From: an uncultured Gemmatimonadales bacterium
Lineage (GTDB): Bacteria; Gemmatimonadota; Gemmatimonadetes; Longimicrobiales; RSA9
Reading direction: 5' to 3'
Length of the DNA: 64,000 nt
NCBI GenBank assembly: GCA_963816355.1
Contig: CAWFKH010000003.1
Location: 736,001 to 800,000, forward strand
Both the position numbers and the translations under genes were made by a program. Of the stretch, positions 9,247 to 18,481 are shown piece after piece. How positions within the stretch are numbered: the first letter of the stretch is position 1; each line of letters opens with the position of its first letter. The notes under the pieces were generated by a model. That model was not told where the DNA came from and searched no databases. It was given only the letters and a program-made list of their open reading frames with translations.

Positions 9247-11780
9247 GCGGTCGCTTCGTCGCGGCGCACGCGCTGCGCGAGACGCGCGCCTCGCTACGCC
9301 GCATAGGGCCCTACCTCCTGTCGATCACGTTGGGCGTCGGCGCGCTGGTCGCGATCCACTCGCTGCGCGCGTCCATCGTCGACGGCATCCACGCGCAGTC
9401 GCGCCAGCTCCTCGGCGGAGACGCCCGCCTGGCCAGCTCCCGGCCTTTCCCGCCGCCGACGCGCCGCCTGCTCGATTCCCTGGCGAACGCCGGTGCCCGC
9501 GTCGCCTACGTCACGACGCTGCCCTCGATGGTCGCGGCGCCCGCCGGCGGCGTCGCGCGGCTCCTCCAGCTCAGCGCCGTCAGCGCGGCGTATCCGCTCT
9601 ACGGCACGCCGGCGGCGGCGCCTGCGGGCGCGTGGGAGCGCGTCCGGACCGGCGAAGCACTTCTCGCGGAGCCGGGCGCGCTGCTGCAGCTCGGCGCGCG
9701 CGTGGGGGACACGCTCCGCGTCGGCGGGGAGCCGCTCGCGGTCGCCGGCACGGTCGAGGAGGCCGCTCCCGGGGGCGGCTTCCGGGAGGCGCTCGGCCCC
9801 CGCCTCTATCTCTCCCGCTCGGCGCTCGAGGGCACGCGGTTGCTGGTGAGGGGCAGCCTCGCGCGCTACGAAGCGCTCGTGCGCGCGCCCGCGGGCGCCG
9901 ACCTGGCCGCGTTCGGCGAGGCGCACGACTCGCTGCTGCGAGCGCAGGACGTCTCGTTCCAGACCGCCGAGGGCCACGCCCGCGGCCTGTCGCGCGGCCT
10001 GGAGTCGCTCTCCAAGTTCCTGGGGCTGATCGGCGTCATGGCGCTGCTGCTGGGCGGCATCGGCGTCGGCAGCGCGATCGGCGTCTATACGCGCGAGCGG
10101 ATCCCCACGATCGCCGTGCTGCGCTGTCTCGGCGCAACGCAGCGCCAGGTCTTCCTCGCCTACGTCCTGCAGGCGGCGCTTCTCGGGCTCGCGGGTTCGC
10201 TCGCGGGCGTCGTCCTCGGCCTCGCGGCGCAGCCGCTGCTCGCGCGCGCGCTGCGCTCCGCGCTGCCGGTCGCCGTGGGCTTCCACGTGCACCCCGGCCC
10301 CACGCTCGCGGGCCTCGCAGTCGGCGTATGGATCGCCATCGTCTTCGCCCTGCTGCCGCTCCTCGAGGTGCGCGGCGTCGCGCCCCTGCAGGCGTTGCGC
10401 CGCGATTTCGAGCCCGTGGCGCCGACGCGCGGGGCGCGGCTGCTGGCGCTCGGCACGCTCGCGGCCAGCGTCGTCGTGTTGAGCCTCTGGCAGGCGCCCG
10501 CGCCCGCCGCGGGCTTCGCCTTCGCGGCCGGCATCGGCGTCACGGTGCTACTGCTGTGGGCCCTCGGGACGCTGCTCACGCGCGCCACGCGCCGCTTCTT
10601 CCCGAGGCGCGCGCGGTACGCGGTGCGGCAGGGCGTGGCGAACCTGTTCCGGCCGCGCAATCAGACGCGGGCGGTGACGTTGTCGCTCGGCTTCGGCGTC
10701 TTCGTCATCGCGACGCTGCTCGTCGTGCAGCGCAGTCTGCTGGACAAGCTCCGGCTGGACGACGCCGGGACGCGGCCCAACCTGCTGCTCTTCGACGTGC
10801 TGCCGGACCAGGCGGAGGGGGTGCGCGATCTGCTCGCCGCGCGCGGCATCGCGCTGGGCCCGACCACGCCGATCGTGCCCACGCGCATCGCGGCGGTGAA
10901 GGGGCGCGGCCGGGAGGCGTGGCTGGCCGATACGACGGACGCCGCGCCGCGCCGGTGGGCGCTGCGGCGCGAGTACCGCGACACCTACCGGGACACGCTC
11001 ACGAGCACGGAGCGCGTCGTCGCGGGGCGCTGGTGGGACGGCCCCCGGCGGGAGGGCGAGACGGCGCGCGTCTCGCTCGAGGAAGACGTCGCGCACGACC
11101 TCCGCGTCGGGGTCGGCGACACGATCACGTGGGACGTGACGGGACGCATGATCCCTTCCGTCGTCGCCAATTTGCGGAGCGTCGAGTGGGCGCGCTTCGA
11201 GCCGAACTTCTTCGCCGTCTTCCAGTCCGGCGTGCTGGAGGCCGCGCCCCAGATGCTGGTCGCCCTCGCCGGCGTGCCGGACGACACGCTGCGCGCCCGC
11301 GTCCAGGTGGCGCTCGTGCACGCCTATCCCAACGTATCCGTGCTCGACCTCGATCGCGTCCAGGAGGTGCTCGCGCGCATCGCCGCCAACGTCACGACGG
11401 CCGTGCGCGCAGTCGGCGGACTCGGCATCGTCGCCGGCCTCCTCGTGCTCGTGGGCGCGGTCTCCACGTCGCGGCAGCAGCGGCTGCGCGAGGGCGCGCT
11501 CCTGAAGGCGATCGGCGCCGACCGCCACCACATACGACAGATGCTCTTCACCGAATACGTCGTGCTCGGCGCCCTCTCGGCGGTGACCGGCGCGGGCCTC
11601 GGGATCGCCGCGGGGAGCCTGCTGGTCACCCGCCTCTTCGAGATCGAGCTGCACGTGCCGATCGCCGCCCTCGTCCTCCTCGCGCTCGCCGTCGCGGCGC
11701 TCGCGACGGCGATCGGTCTGCTGGGCGGCCGCGAGGTGCTGCGCTCGACGCCGCTCGCCGTGCTGCGCCAGGCGGAGTAG
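9243..11780 (+). CDS. ybbP: ABC transporter permease, double FtsX domain (YbbP family)
   Basis: Two FtsX-type TM blocks (IAVLRCLGA, ALLKAIGA); coupled to the ATPase by a GTGA overlap. Confidence 0.88.
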   Translation: MSGRFVAAHALRETRASLRRIGPYLLSITLGVGALVAIHSLRASIVDGIHAQSRQLLGGDARLASSRPFPPPTRRLLDSLANAGARVAYVTTLPSMVAAPAGGVARLLQLSAVSAAYPLYGTPAAAPAGAWERVRTGEALLAEPGALLQLGARVGDTLRVGGEPLAVAGTVEEAAPGGGFREALGPRLYLSRSALEGTRLLVRGSLARYEALVRAPAGADLAAFGEAHDSLLRAQDVSFQTAEGHARGLSRGLESLSKFLGLIGVMALLLGGIGVGSAIGVYTRERIPTIAVLRCLGATQRQVFLAYVLQAALLGLAGSLAGVVLGLAAQPLLARALRSALPVAVGFHVHPGPTLAGLAVGVWIAIVFALLPLLEVRGVAPLQALRRDFEPVAPTRGARLLALGTLAASVVVLSLWQAPAPAAGFAFAAGIGVTVLLLWALGTLLTRATRRFFPRRARYAVRQGVANLFRPRNQTRAVTLSLGFGVFVIATLLVVQRSLLDKLRLDDAGTRPNLLLFDVLPDQAEGVRDLLAARGIALGPTTPIVPTRIAAVKGRGREAWLADTTDAAPRRWALRREYRDTYRDTLTSTERVVAGRWWDGPRREGETARVSLEEDVAHDLRVGVGDTITWDVTGRMIPSVVANLRSVEWARFEPNFFAVFQSGVLEAAPQMLVALAGVPDDTLRARVQVALVHAYPNVSVLDLDRVQEVLARIAANVTTAVRAVGGLGIVAGLLVLVGAVSTSRQQRLREGALLKAIGADRHHIRQMLFTEYVVLGALSAVTGAGLGIAAGSLLVTRLFEIELHVPIAALVLLALAVAALATAIGLLGGREVLRSTPLAVLRQAE

Positions 11781-11820
11781 CCGGCGCCGGCCGCCGCAGT
11801 AGCCGGCGCCGGCGGCCGGC

Positions 11821-12699
11821 TCAGCTCACGCGCGTCAGCGCGGCCTCGACGGGCGCGTCGAAGTGCACGTCCACCTGCGGGAAGGCGATGACGACCTGCG
11901 CCTCCTTCAGCGCCCACCACACCGCCTCGTTGAGCTCGGAGCGGCGCAGGGGCGCTTCCCACGCGTTGTCGATCCAGACCGAGATGTCGTAGTTGACGGA
12001 GGAGGATCCGAATTCCAGCAGCAGCACGCGCGGCTTGCGCGCGTGGATGCGCCACGCCACCGCGCTCGCCGCCTCCTCGAGGGTCGCGCGCACCAGGCGC
12101 AGGTCCGAGTCGTACGCCACACCCACCTGCGCCCGCAGCCGGAAGAGGGAGTCGCGCAGCGTGTAGTTCGTCACCGTCGACTGCACGAGCGTGCCGTTCG
12201 GGATGATCAGCTCCTCCTCGTCCCGGCTGCGCGCGATCGTCGAACGCAGCCCCATCTTCTCGACCCGCACGACGCGGTTCTCGACCACCAGCACGTCGCC
12301 CGGCTTGATGGTGCGCTCGACGAGCAGGATGATGCCGGAGACGAAGTTCTGCGCGATGTTCTGCATCGCGAAGCCGATCGCGACCGCGAACACGGCGCCC
12401 GCGGCGAACAGCGCTCCCAGTTGGATGCCGATCGTGTTGAACGCGATCGCCAGGCCGATGAGCATCACGACGTAGTGCGTCAACCGCTTCGTGATGCCGA
12501 TCGTGCCGACGTCGCCCACGCCCCGCATCCGCAGCCCCCGCTCGACCGCGCGCTGGACCAGCCACGACGCGCCTGCCGTCACCACGACCAACACCACGAA
12601 GATGATGATCGTGACGAGCGTCACGTCGGTCTTGCTGATCGTGAAGAGCGTCTGGCCGAACAGGTTCTTGATTCCCGACGGGATGTTCTGCGTCGGCAT
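11821..12699 (-). CDS. Small-conductance mechanosensitive channel (MscS family)
   Basis: AIGFAMQNIAQNFVSG, IIPN, VGVAYDSD, IAFPQ; ATG with AAGGAGG SD. Confidence 0.92.
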   Translation of the reverse strand: MPTQNIPSGIKNLFGQTLFTISKTDVTLVTIIIFVVLVVVTAGASWLVQRAVERGLRMRGVGDVGTIGITKRLTHYVVMLIGLAIAFNTIGIQLGALFAAGAVFAVAIGFAMQNIAQNFVSGIILLVERTIKPGDVLVVENRVVRVEKMGLRSTIARSRDEEELIIPNGTLVQSTVTNYTLRDSLFRLRAQVGVAYDSDLRLVRATLEEAASAVAWRIHARKPRVLLLEFGSSSVNYDISVWIDNAWEAPLRRSELNEAVWWALKEAQVVIAFPQVDVHFDAPVEAALTRVS

Positions 12700-12824
12700 C
12701 CTGCCTCCTTGGAGGGTGAAGTCGCAGCGTCCGGAAGTTCGTGCCGATGCGCGCGCGGGGCCAGGGGGCGCCTCGCCCTCTCGCGTCGGTTGCGGCCCCG
12801 CCCTCCGCCGCGCCACTTTCCCGC

Positions 12825-13970
12825 ATGATCCGCAATCGCGTCCCCCGCTCGCGCCGCGTCGCCGTCTACCGCGGCCGCGCCCAGCGGCAGCTCCGCCGCT
12901 TCCGGCGCGCGTCGCTCCTGGCGGTGGCGCTCACCGCCATGGTGCTCTTCCTGTGGGGCGTGCCCGAGGGCGCGGCCCTCTCCCAGGACGCCACGGCGGA
13001 CACGGCGGCCGCCAACCCCGCCGCCTCGGTGCAGGAGGCGACGCGCACGATCGGCGCGCTCTGGCACAACTTCTACGCGCTGCTGCCGAAGCTCGCCATC
13101 GCCGCAGCGCTGCTGTTCCTCGCGTGGATCGCCAGCCGCCTCGCGCGGCCGCTCTTCGCGCGCATCGCGAAACAGTGGCAGCGGGCCGACGCATTCGCGG
13201 CGGTCGCCGGCATCGTCGTGTGGACCATCGCGCTCGTGGGCGCCGTCGCCGTCATCGTGGGCGACGCACGCGCCGTCGCCGGCTCGGTCGGGATCCTCGG
13301 CCTCGCGCTGTCTTGGGCGCTGCAGGCGCCGATCGAGAGCTTCACGGGCTGGCTGCTCAACTCCTTCCGTCTCTACTACCGCGTGGGCGACCGCATCGCC
13401 GTCGGCGACGTCTTCGGCGACGTCTACCGCATCGACCTGCTCACCACGACCGTCTGGGAGCTCGGCGGGCCGGACAAGCCGGTGCAGGGCTCGCAGCCCA
13501 CCGGCGCGCTCGTCACCTTCCCGAACTCGGAAGTGCTGCGCTCCAGCATCGTGAACTACACGCGCGACTTCCCGGCCGTCTGGGACGAAGTGGGCGTCGC
13601 CGTCGCGAACGAGAGCGACCTCGCCTATGCCGCCGACGTCGCCCGCCGCGCCGCCGCCGAGGTGAGTGGCGACTGGATGGCGACGATGTCGGCGGAGTAC
13701 GGCGCGCTGCTCTCGCGCGTGGGCCTCGAAGGCGAGGCCTCGGAGCGGCCGGAAGCGTATCTCACTCCCGGCGAATCGTGGACGAGCATCGTCGTCCGCT
13801 ACCTGGTGCCCGTCCGCGAGCGACGCGCGTGCGCGAGCCGCATGACGCTGGCGCTGGCGCAGGCGTTCTCGCTTCCGGAGCACGCCGGCCGCATCGTCGC
13901 CGCGTATCCGACGCGACGCGTGGCGCTCGTCGACCTGCCGGGCGCGAAACCGGAGCCGGAAGGGGCGTAG
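12825..13970 (+). CDS. MscS-family mechanosensitive channel
   Basis: GLALSWALQAPIESFTGW, YRVGDRI, VTFPNS, VNYTRDF motifs; start uncertain. Confidence 0.85.
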   Translation: MIRNRVPRSRRVAVYRGRAQRQLRRFRRASLLAVALTAMVLFLWGVPEGAALSQDATADTAAANPAASVQEATRTIGALWHNFYALLPKLAIAAALLFLAWIASRLARPLFARIAKQWQRADAFAAVAGIVVWTIALVGAVAVIVGDARAVAGSVGILGLALSWALQAPIESFTGWLLNSFRLYYRVGDRIAVGDVFGDVYRIDLLTTTVWELGGPDKPVQGSQPTGALVTFPNSEVLRSSIVNYTRDFPAVWDEVGVAVANESDLAYAADVARRAAAEVSGDWMATMSAEYGALLSRVGLEGEASERPEAYLTPGESWTSIVVRYLVPVRERRACASRMTLALAQAFSLPEHAGRIVAAYPTRRVALVDLPGAKPEPEGA

Positions 13971-13993
13971 GTCCCGAAATTCCGCCGAAAGAC

Positions 13994-14023
13994 TTGCCGC
14001 CCCCGCGACCGATTCGCTACTCT
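13994..14023 (+). promoter_or_regulatory. Sigma-70-type promoter (TTGCCG-N18-TACTCT)
   Basis: -35 and -10 hexamers immediately before a structured non-coding tract. Confidence 0.6.
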
Positions 14024-14030
14024 TCGAACA

Positions 14031-14319
14031 CGGTGGTCGGGCGAGCGGTCGCGAGCCTGATCGTCGGACCGGTCGAAGGGACGCCATCGAACCGGTCGGC
14101 TCGTTCCGGATTTCGGCCCGGACGAGAGCGTTGCGAGGTCGCTGGACGCAACGTGAAGCCCCTCGCGATCGTGGGGCGCCTTCACCGGGACCGCACGGTG
14201 GGGGAAGAGAAGCGGAGCCGGTCGCCGCACGTGGCGACGTCGAAACGACGGTGTCCGATCTCGCCAGCGGATCGAAGCCCCCAGGCAGCGACGTGTCGCT
14301 CCTGGGGGCTTCGTGTTTT
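14031..14319 (+). ncRNA. Putative structured ncRNA or cis-regulatory leader, family not recognised
   Basis: Promoter upstream, five consecutive hairpins, strong terminator at the 3' end, no credible ORF. Confidence 0.6.
14273..14319 (+). terminator. Rho-independent terminator
   Basis: Perfect 13-bp stem CGAAGCCCCCAGG/CCTGGGGGCTTCG plus inner AGCGAC/GTCGCT stem, followed by TGTTTT. Confidence 0.8.
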
Positions 14320-14430
14320 GCCGAACGGCCACCGCTCGCGTGCGGCCGGCCGCGCCACGCCTCCGCTACCCGTCGCGCCCGCCGCGTCCAGCGGCGGCAT
14401 CGCCATCTCCACCCCGTTCCGCGACTCGCG

Positions 14431-16521
14431 ATGAAGCGTTCGATTGCCGCCGTCCTCCTCGCTGTCGCCGTGCCCCTCGCGGGCTGTGCCGCACCGCGCC
14501 CGGCGCCCGCGCCGGCTCCGCCGTCCGCGCCGCGCGTGGCGGCCGACTCCGACGCCGCGGCGACGTCGGCCGCGGCCCGTGCCGCGCCGGTGCCGCCGGC
14601 GCCGGGGCCGCTGCGGACGCTGGATCGCCCGGACGATCGGCTGCTGCTGCGGCCCGATCTGCGGCACGTGGTCGACCTGCAGGAGGCGCGCGACACGGCC
14701 GCGCTGGTCGCGCTGCTCGCCTCCCGTGACGGTGCGGTCCGGGCGCGCGCGGCGTTCGCTCTCGGCTCGGTGCAGCCGACGAGCGCCGCGCCGCTGCTGC
14801 CGCTGCTGCGCGACGAGGTGGCCGAAGTCCGCGCGGACGCGGCGTTCGCGATCGGCCAGAGCGGCGACTCCACGGCGGGGCGGCGGCTCCTCGCGGCGTG
14901 GAGCGCGGACATCGACCCGGCCGTGCGGGGCGAGCTGCTGGATGCGCTGGGAAAGGTGGGCGACCGGGCCGCGCTACGGTCGCTCGATCGTTCGTGGGTG
15001 CCGGTGGCGGACCGGCCGGCCGCGGCGGTCGCGGTCGCGCGCTTCGGCATCCGCGCTCTGACGGACTCGCTGGGGGTCGCCCGCGTGGCCGGCTGGCTGC
15101 GCGCGCGCGACCCCGCGCTGCGACTCGCGGCGGCGTACTTCTTCGGGCGCGTGCGGCCGGCCTCCACGTGGTCGTGGGCGGCCGACACGGTGCGCGCGGC
15201 GCTCGACGCCTACGCGCCCGACGAACCGGCGGCGATGCACCTCCTGCTCGGCCTCGGCCGGCTCGGCGCGACGGCGGACACGCCGCGCCTGACGCGCTGG
15301 CTCTTCGACGCTGCGGACTGGCGCAGCCGTGTGAACGCGGCGCGCGCACTCGGCGGACGCGTCGGCGATCCCGCCGCGCGTCTCGCCCTGGAATCCGTCC
15401 TGGATTCCGCGCTGGTGGCGGGCGGTCCAGAGATGCACGTGGGGGTGCAGGCCGCGAGCGTGCTCGGCGCGAGCGATTCCCTGGACGCCGTGGACCTGGC
15501 GGTGCTGCGGCCGTGGGTGCGGGCGCACGCCGAGGACTGGCGCGTATCGGGGCCGCTCCTCTCCGCGCTCGCCCGCACCGGGGCGAGCGGCGACGTCCTG
15601 GACTGGCTGCGGCGGCAGGACCGTGAGCCGGCGCGGCTCCTCGCCGTGCGAGCGCTCGGTGCCGCCCGGGACCCGGCATCCCTCTCCGCGCTGCGGCGCA
15701 TCGCCGCCGACACCGCCGATGCCGGCGCCGCCGCCGCCGCGATCGCCGCGCTCGACGCACGCCGCCGCGCCGGCGCGCTTTCCGACGCAGGGTTCTTCGC
15801 GGCCGCGCTCGTCGGGCTGCGGGCGAGCGACGTCGGACTCCGGGTCGCCGCCGCGTCGGCGCTGGCGGACAGCGCGTTCCGCGCGCTCGGCGCGGCGGCG
15901 GCGTTGACGTCGACCTACGCCACCCTGACGCCGCCCGCGGACCTGGAGGCGATGCAGGCGGTGCGGTCGGCGCTGCGGACGCTCGGCGCGGCGCTGCCGG
16001 ACTCGAGCCGCGAGACCGCCACCACGATGCACGACCGCGTCGACTGGCGAACCCTCACGCGCGTCGGAGCGCACCCATGCTTCGTCCTCGCCACCGACCG
16101 CGGCACGATGCGGATCGTCCTCGACGCGGAGGAGGCGCCGCTCACCGTCGCCACCATCACTGCGCTGGCGGACGCGGGTCGCTACGATGGCGTCGCGTTC
16201 CACCGCGTGGTGCCGAACTTCGTCGTCCAGGGCGGGGACTTCGCGCGCGGCGATGGCTTCGGCGGCCCGGGCTTCGCGATTCGCAGCGAGCTGACGCGGA
16301 TCCGCTACGCCCGCGGCACTCTGGGGATGGCCAGCGCGGGAAAGGACACGGAGGGCTCGCAGTACTTCGTCACGCACAGCATGCAGCCGCACCTCGACGG
16401 CGCCTACACCGCCTTCGGCCGCCTCGTGGACGGCGCGGCCACCCTCGACCGGCTGCTGCAGGACGACCGCGTGCGCGCCGCCGAGGTGCTCCCGACGGGC
16501 GCGGGCTGCGGCACCGCTTGA
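14431..16521 (+). CDS. HEAT-repeat lipoprotein with C-terminal cyclophilin-type peptidyl-prolyl isomerase
   Basis: MKRS..PLAGC lipobox; repeated VRxxAAFALG HEAT units; FHRVVPNFVVQGGD, GMASAGKDTEGSQYF, HLDGAYTAFG. Confidence 0.88.
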   Translation: MKRSIAAVLLAVAVPLAGCAAPRPAPAPAPPSAPRVAADSDAAATSAAARAAPVPPAPGPLRTLDRPDDRLLLRPDLRHVVDLQEARDTAALVALLASRDGAVRARAAFALGSVQPTSAAPLLPLLRDEVAEVRADAAFAIGQSGDSTAGRRLLAAWSADIDPAVRGELLDALGKVGDRAALRSLDRSWVPVADRPAAAVAVARFGIRALTDSLGVARVAGWLRARDPALRLAAAYFFGRVRPASTWSWAADTVRAALDAYAPDEPAAMHLLLGLGRLGATADTPRLTRWLFDAADWRSRVNAARALGGRVGDPAARLALESVLDSALVAGGPEMHVGVQAASVLGASDSLDAVDLAVLRPWVRAHAEDWRVSGPLLSALARTGASGDVLDWLRRQDREPARLLAVRALGAARDPASLSALRRIAADTADAGAAAAAIAALDARRRAGALSDAGFFAAALVGLRASDVGLRVAAASALADSAFRALGAAAALTSTYATLTPPADLEAMQAVRSALRTLGAALPDSSRETATTMHDRVDWRTLTRVGAHPCFVLATDRGTMRIVLDAEEAPLTVATITALADAGRYDGVAFHRVVPNFVVQGGDFARGDGFGGPGFAIRSELTRIRYARGTLGMASAGKDTEGSQYFVTHSMQPHLDGAYTAFGRLVDGAATLDRLLQDDRVRAAEVLPTGAGCGTA

Positions 16522-16531
16522 CGTTCGCCTG

Positions 16532-16560
16532 TTGAACCCGCTCCCGCATCGCCGTACGAT
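16532..16560 (+). promoter_or_regulatory. Sigma-70-type promoter (TTGAAC-N17-TACGAT)
   Basis: Good consensus match 30 bp before the regulator start. Confidence 0.65.
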
Positions 16561-16590
16561 GGGCGGGAGCTTCCTTCACCGCCTCGCACC

Positions 16591-17958
16591 GTGAACGAAC
16601 GGATCCTGATCGTCGAGGACGACGCGACGTTGCGCGAGACGTTCCGTCGCTTCCTCTCGCGCCGCGGCTACGACGTCTCCACGAGCGAGACGGCGGAGCG
16701 CGGCTTCCGCATCGTCAAGGAGTTCGAGCCGGACATCGTGATCACCGATGTGCAGCTTCCCGGCATGGACGGCCTGGAGCTGCTCTCCCGCCTGCGGTCG
16801 GCGCTGCCGGAGCTGGACGTCCTCGTCGTGACCGGCCACGAGGACATGCGCACGGCGATCGAGGCGATGAAGGCCGGCGCGTACGACTACCTCGTCAAGC
16901 CGCTCGAGCTCGATGAGCTGGCCGTCGTCCTTCAGCGCTGCGCGGAAGATCGTCGTCTCCGACGTCGCATCCGGCAGCTCACCGACGAAGCCGCCGAGCC
17001 CTACGCGCTCGACCGCCTCGTGGGCCGCAGCCCCGCGATGATCCAGATCTACAAGCTGATCGGGACGCTCGCGACGAACCGCGCGCCCGTCTTCATCCGG
17101 GGCGAGACCGGCACCGGCAAGGAAGTGATCGCGCGCGCGATCCACTACAACTCGACATGGGCCGCCGAGCCGTTCGTCGCCGTCAACTGCACCGAGCTCC
17201 CGGAGACGCTCCTCGAGTCCGAGCTCTTTGGCCACGTCCGCGGCGCGTTCACCGGCGCCGTGCACGACCGCCGCGGCCGCTTCGAGCTCGCCGGCGCCGG
17301 CACGATCTTCCTCGACGAGATCGGCGACACCTCGCCCGGCCTGCAGGCGAAGCTGCTCCGGGTGCTCCAGGAGCGCGAGTTCCAGCCCGTCGGCAGCGAG
17401 ACGCAGCGCCGCACGGAGGCACGCGTCGTCGCCGCCACCAACCAGCGCCTCGAAGCGCTCGTGCGCGACGGCCGCTTCCGCGAGGACCTCTTCTTCCGCC
17501 TGCACGTCCTCGAGATCCGCGTCCCGCCGCTGCGCGAGCGGCGCGAAGACGTCCCGCTCCTCGCCGAGCACCTGCTGCGCCGCATCAGCCGCGACATCCA
17601 CAAGGAGGTTTCCGTCATCCCGGAGCCGGTGATGCGGGTGCTCGTGGAGTACGACTGGCCCGGCAACGTCCGCGAGCTCGAGAACGCGCTCACCCGCGCC
17701 GCCGTCCTCGCCCGCGGCGCGGCCATCTCGGAGAAGGACCTTTCGCTCGGCGGTCCCTCGCGCACGCCGGAGGAGACCCACGCGATCGCCGACGACTTCA
17801 CCCTCGCCGGCGCCGAGCGGGCCCAGGTAGCGCGCGCCCTGGCACGTACGCGCGGCAACAAGCGGAAGGCCGCGCGCCTGCTCGAGGTCTCACGACCCCG
17901 GCTCGACCGTCTCATCGACCGCCTGGGCATCGAATGGGACCCCGGCCGTGGGGCGTGA
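16591..17958 (+). CDS. Sigma-54-dependent response regulator (NtrC/AtoC family)
   Basis: REC domain (VEDD, ITD, VKP), GETGTGKE, ESELFGHVRGAFTGA, WPGNVREL, C-terminal Fis-type HTH. Confidence 0.95.
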   Translation: MNERILIVEDDATLRETFRRFLSRRGYDVSTSETAERGFRIVKEFEPDIVITDVQLPGMDGLELLSRLRSALPELDVLVVTGHEDMRTAIEAMKAGAYDYLVKPLELDELAVVLQRCAEDRRLRRRIRQLTDEAAEPYALDRLVGRSPAMIQIYKLIGTLATNRAPVFIRGETGTGKEVIARAIHYNSTWAAEPFVAVNCTELPETLLESELFGHVRGAFTGAVHDRRGRFELAGAGTIFLDEIGDTSPGLQAKLLRVLQEREFQPVGSETQRRTEARVVAATNQRLEALVRDGRFREDLFFRLHVLEIRVPPLRERREDVPLLAEHLLRRISRDIHKEVSVIPEPVMRVLVEYDWPGNVRELENALTRAAVLARGAAISEKDLSLGGPSRTPEETHAIADDFTLAGAERAQVARALARTRGNKRKAARLLEVSRPRLDRLIDRLGIEWDPGRGA

Positions 17959-17978
17959 GCGCTCCTGCAAGCGGTGGA

Positions 17979-17994
17979 GGGAACGCCACTTGCA
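17979..17994 (+). promoter_or_regulatory. Putative sigma-54 (-24/-12) promoter
   Basis: GGGAACGCCACTTGCA: GG-N10-GC with TTGCA, close to the TGGCACG-N4-TTGCW consensus. Confidence 0.65.
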
Positions 17995-18099
17995 GCGACG
18001 CGAGCCGTGCGCGCGCGAAGTCGCGGGGCCCGGGCCGACGTCGGAATCGCCCGGGCCCCGCTCGCATCGTCCGGTCGTCATTCCGCTCGGAGGAGGATC

Positions 18100-18351
18100 A
18101 TGGCGGATCAGCCCGCGAACAGTGGCATCGAGGAATTCTGGGAATACGCCGACGACACCGACTCGGACGAGAATCCGCTCGAGCGGGAGCTCGCGGACCA
18201 GATCGACGCGCTGGCCCGCTACCGCCGCATGATCCAGGAGTGCGAGGAGGCGGGCCGCGACGATCAGGTCCGCGTCCTCCTGAAACAGCACGAGAGGGTG
18301 CAGCGTACGGTGGACGAGTTGCGCCAGGCGATGAGCGGCAGGAGCGGCTGA
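18100..18351 (+). CDS. Small acidic helical hypothetical protein (83 aa)
   Basis: ATG after GGAGGAGG SD; host-like codon usage. Confidence 0.75.
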   Translation: MADQPANSGIEEFWEYADDTDSDENPLERELADQIDALARYRRMIQECEEAGRDDQVRVLLKQHERVQRTVDELRQAMSGRSG

Positions 18352-18481
18352 AGCGGCGCGGGAGCAGGAACGAGGGGTGTTCCGCCAGCGGCGGTGCGTG
18401 TAGACTGAAAGGGCCGCGAGACGTCCCGCGCCGGGCGCGCCGCGAGCGACCGCTGGCCATGGAAGGAGGGGCCGCGCCGCG

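Noticed and set aside
14031..14270. Cobalamin, c-di-GMP-I or T-box riboswitch, or group II intron domain V
   Set aside because: Only isolated words match (GGGAAG, GGACGCAA, GAGCCG); the other required motifs and spacings are missing
14131..14430. N-terminal extension of the cyclophilin ORF, and the minus-strand ORF 13799-14332
   Set aside because: The extension crosses a strong terminator and the lipoprotein signal starts at 14431; the minus-strand ORF lacks coding character
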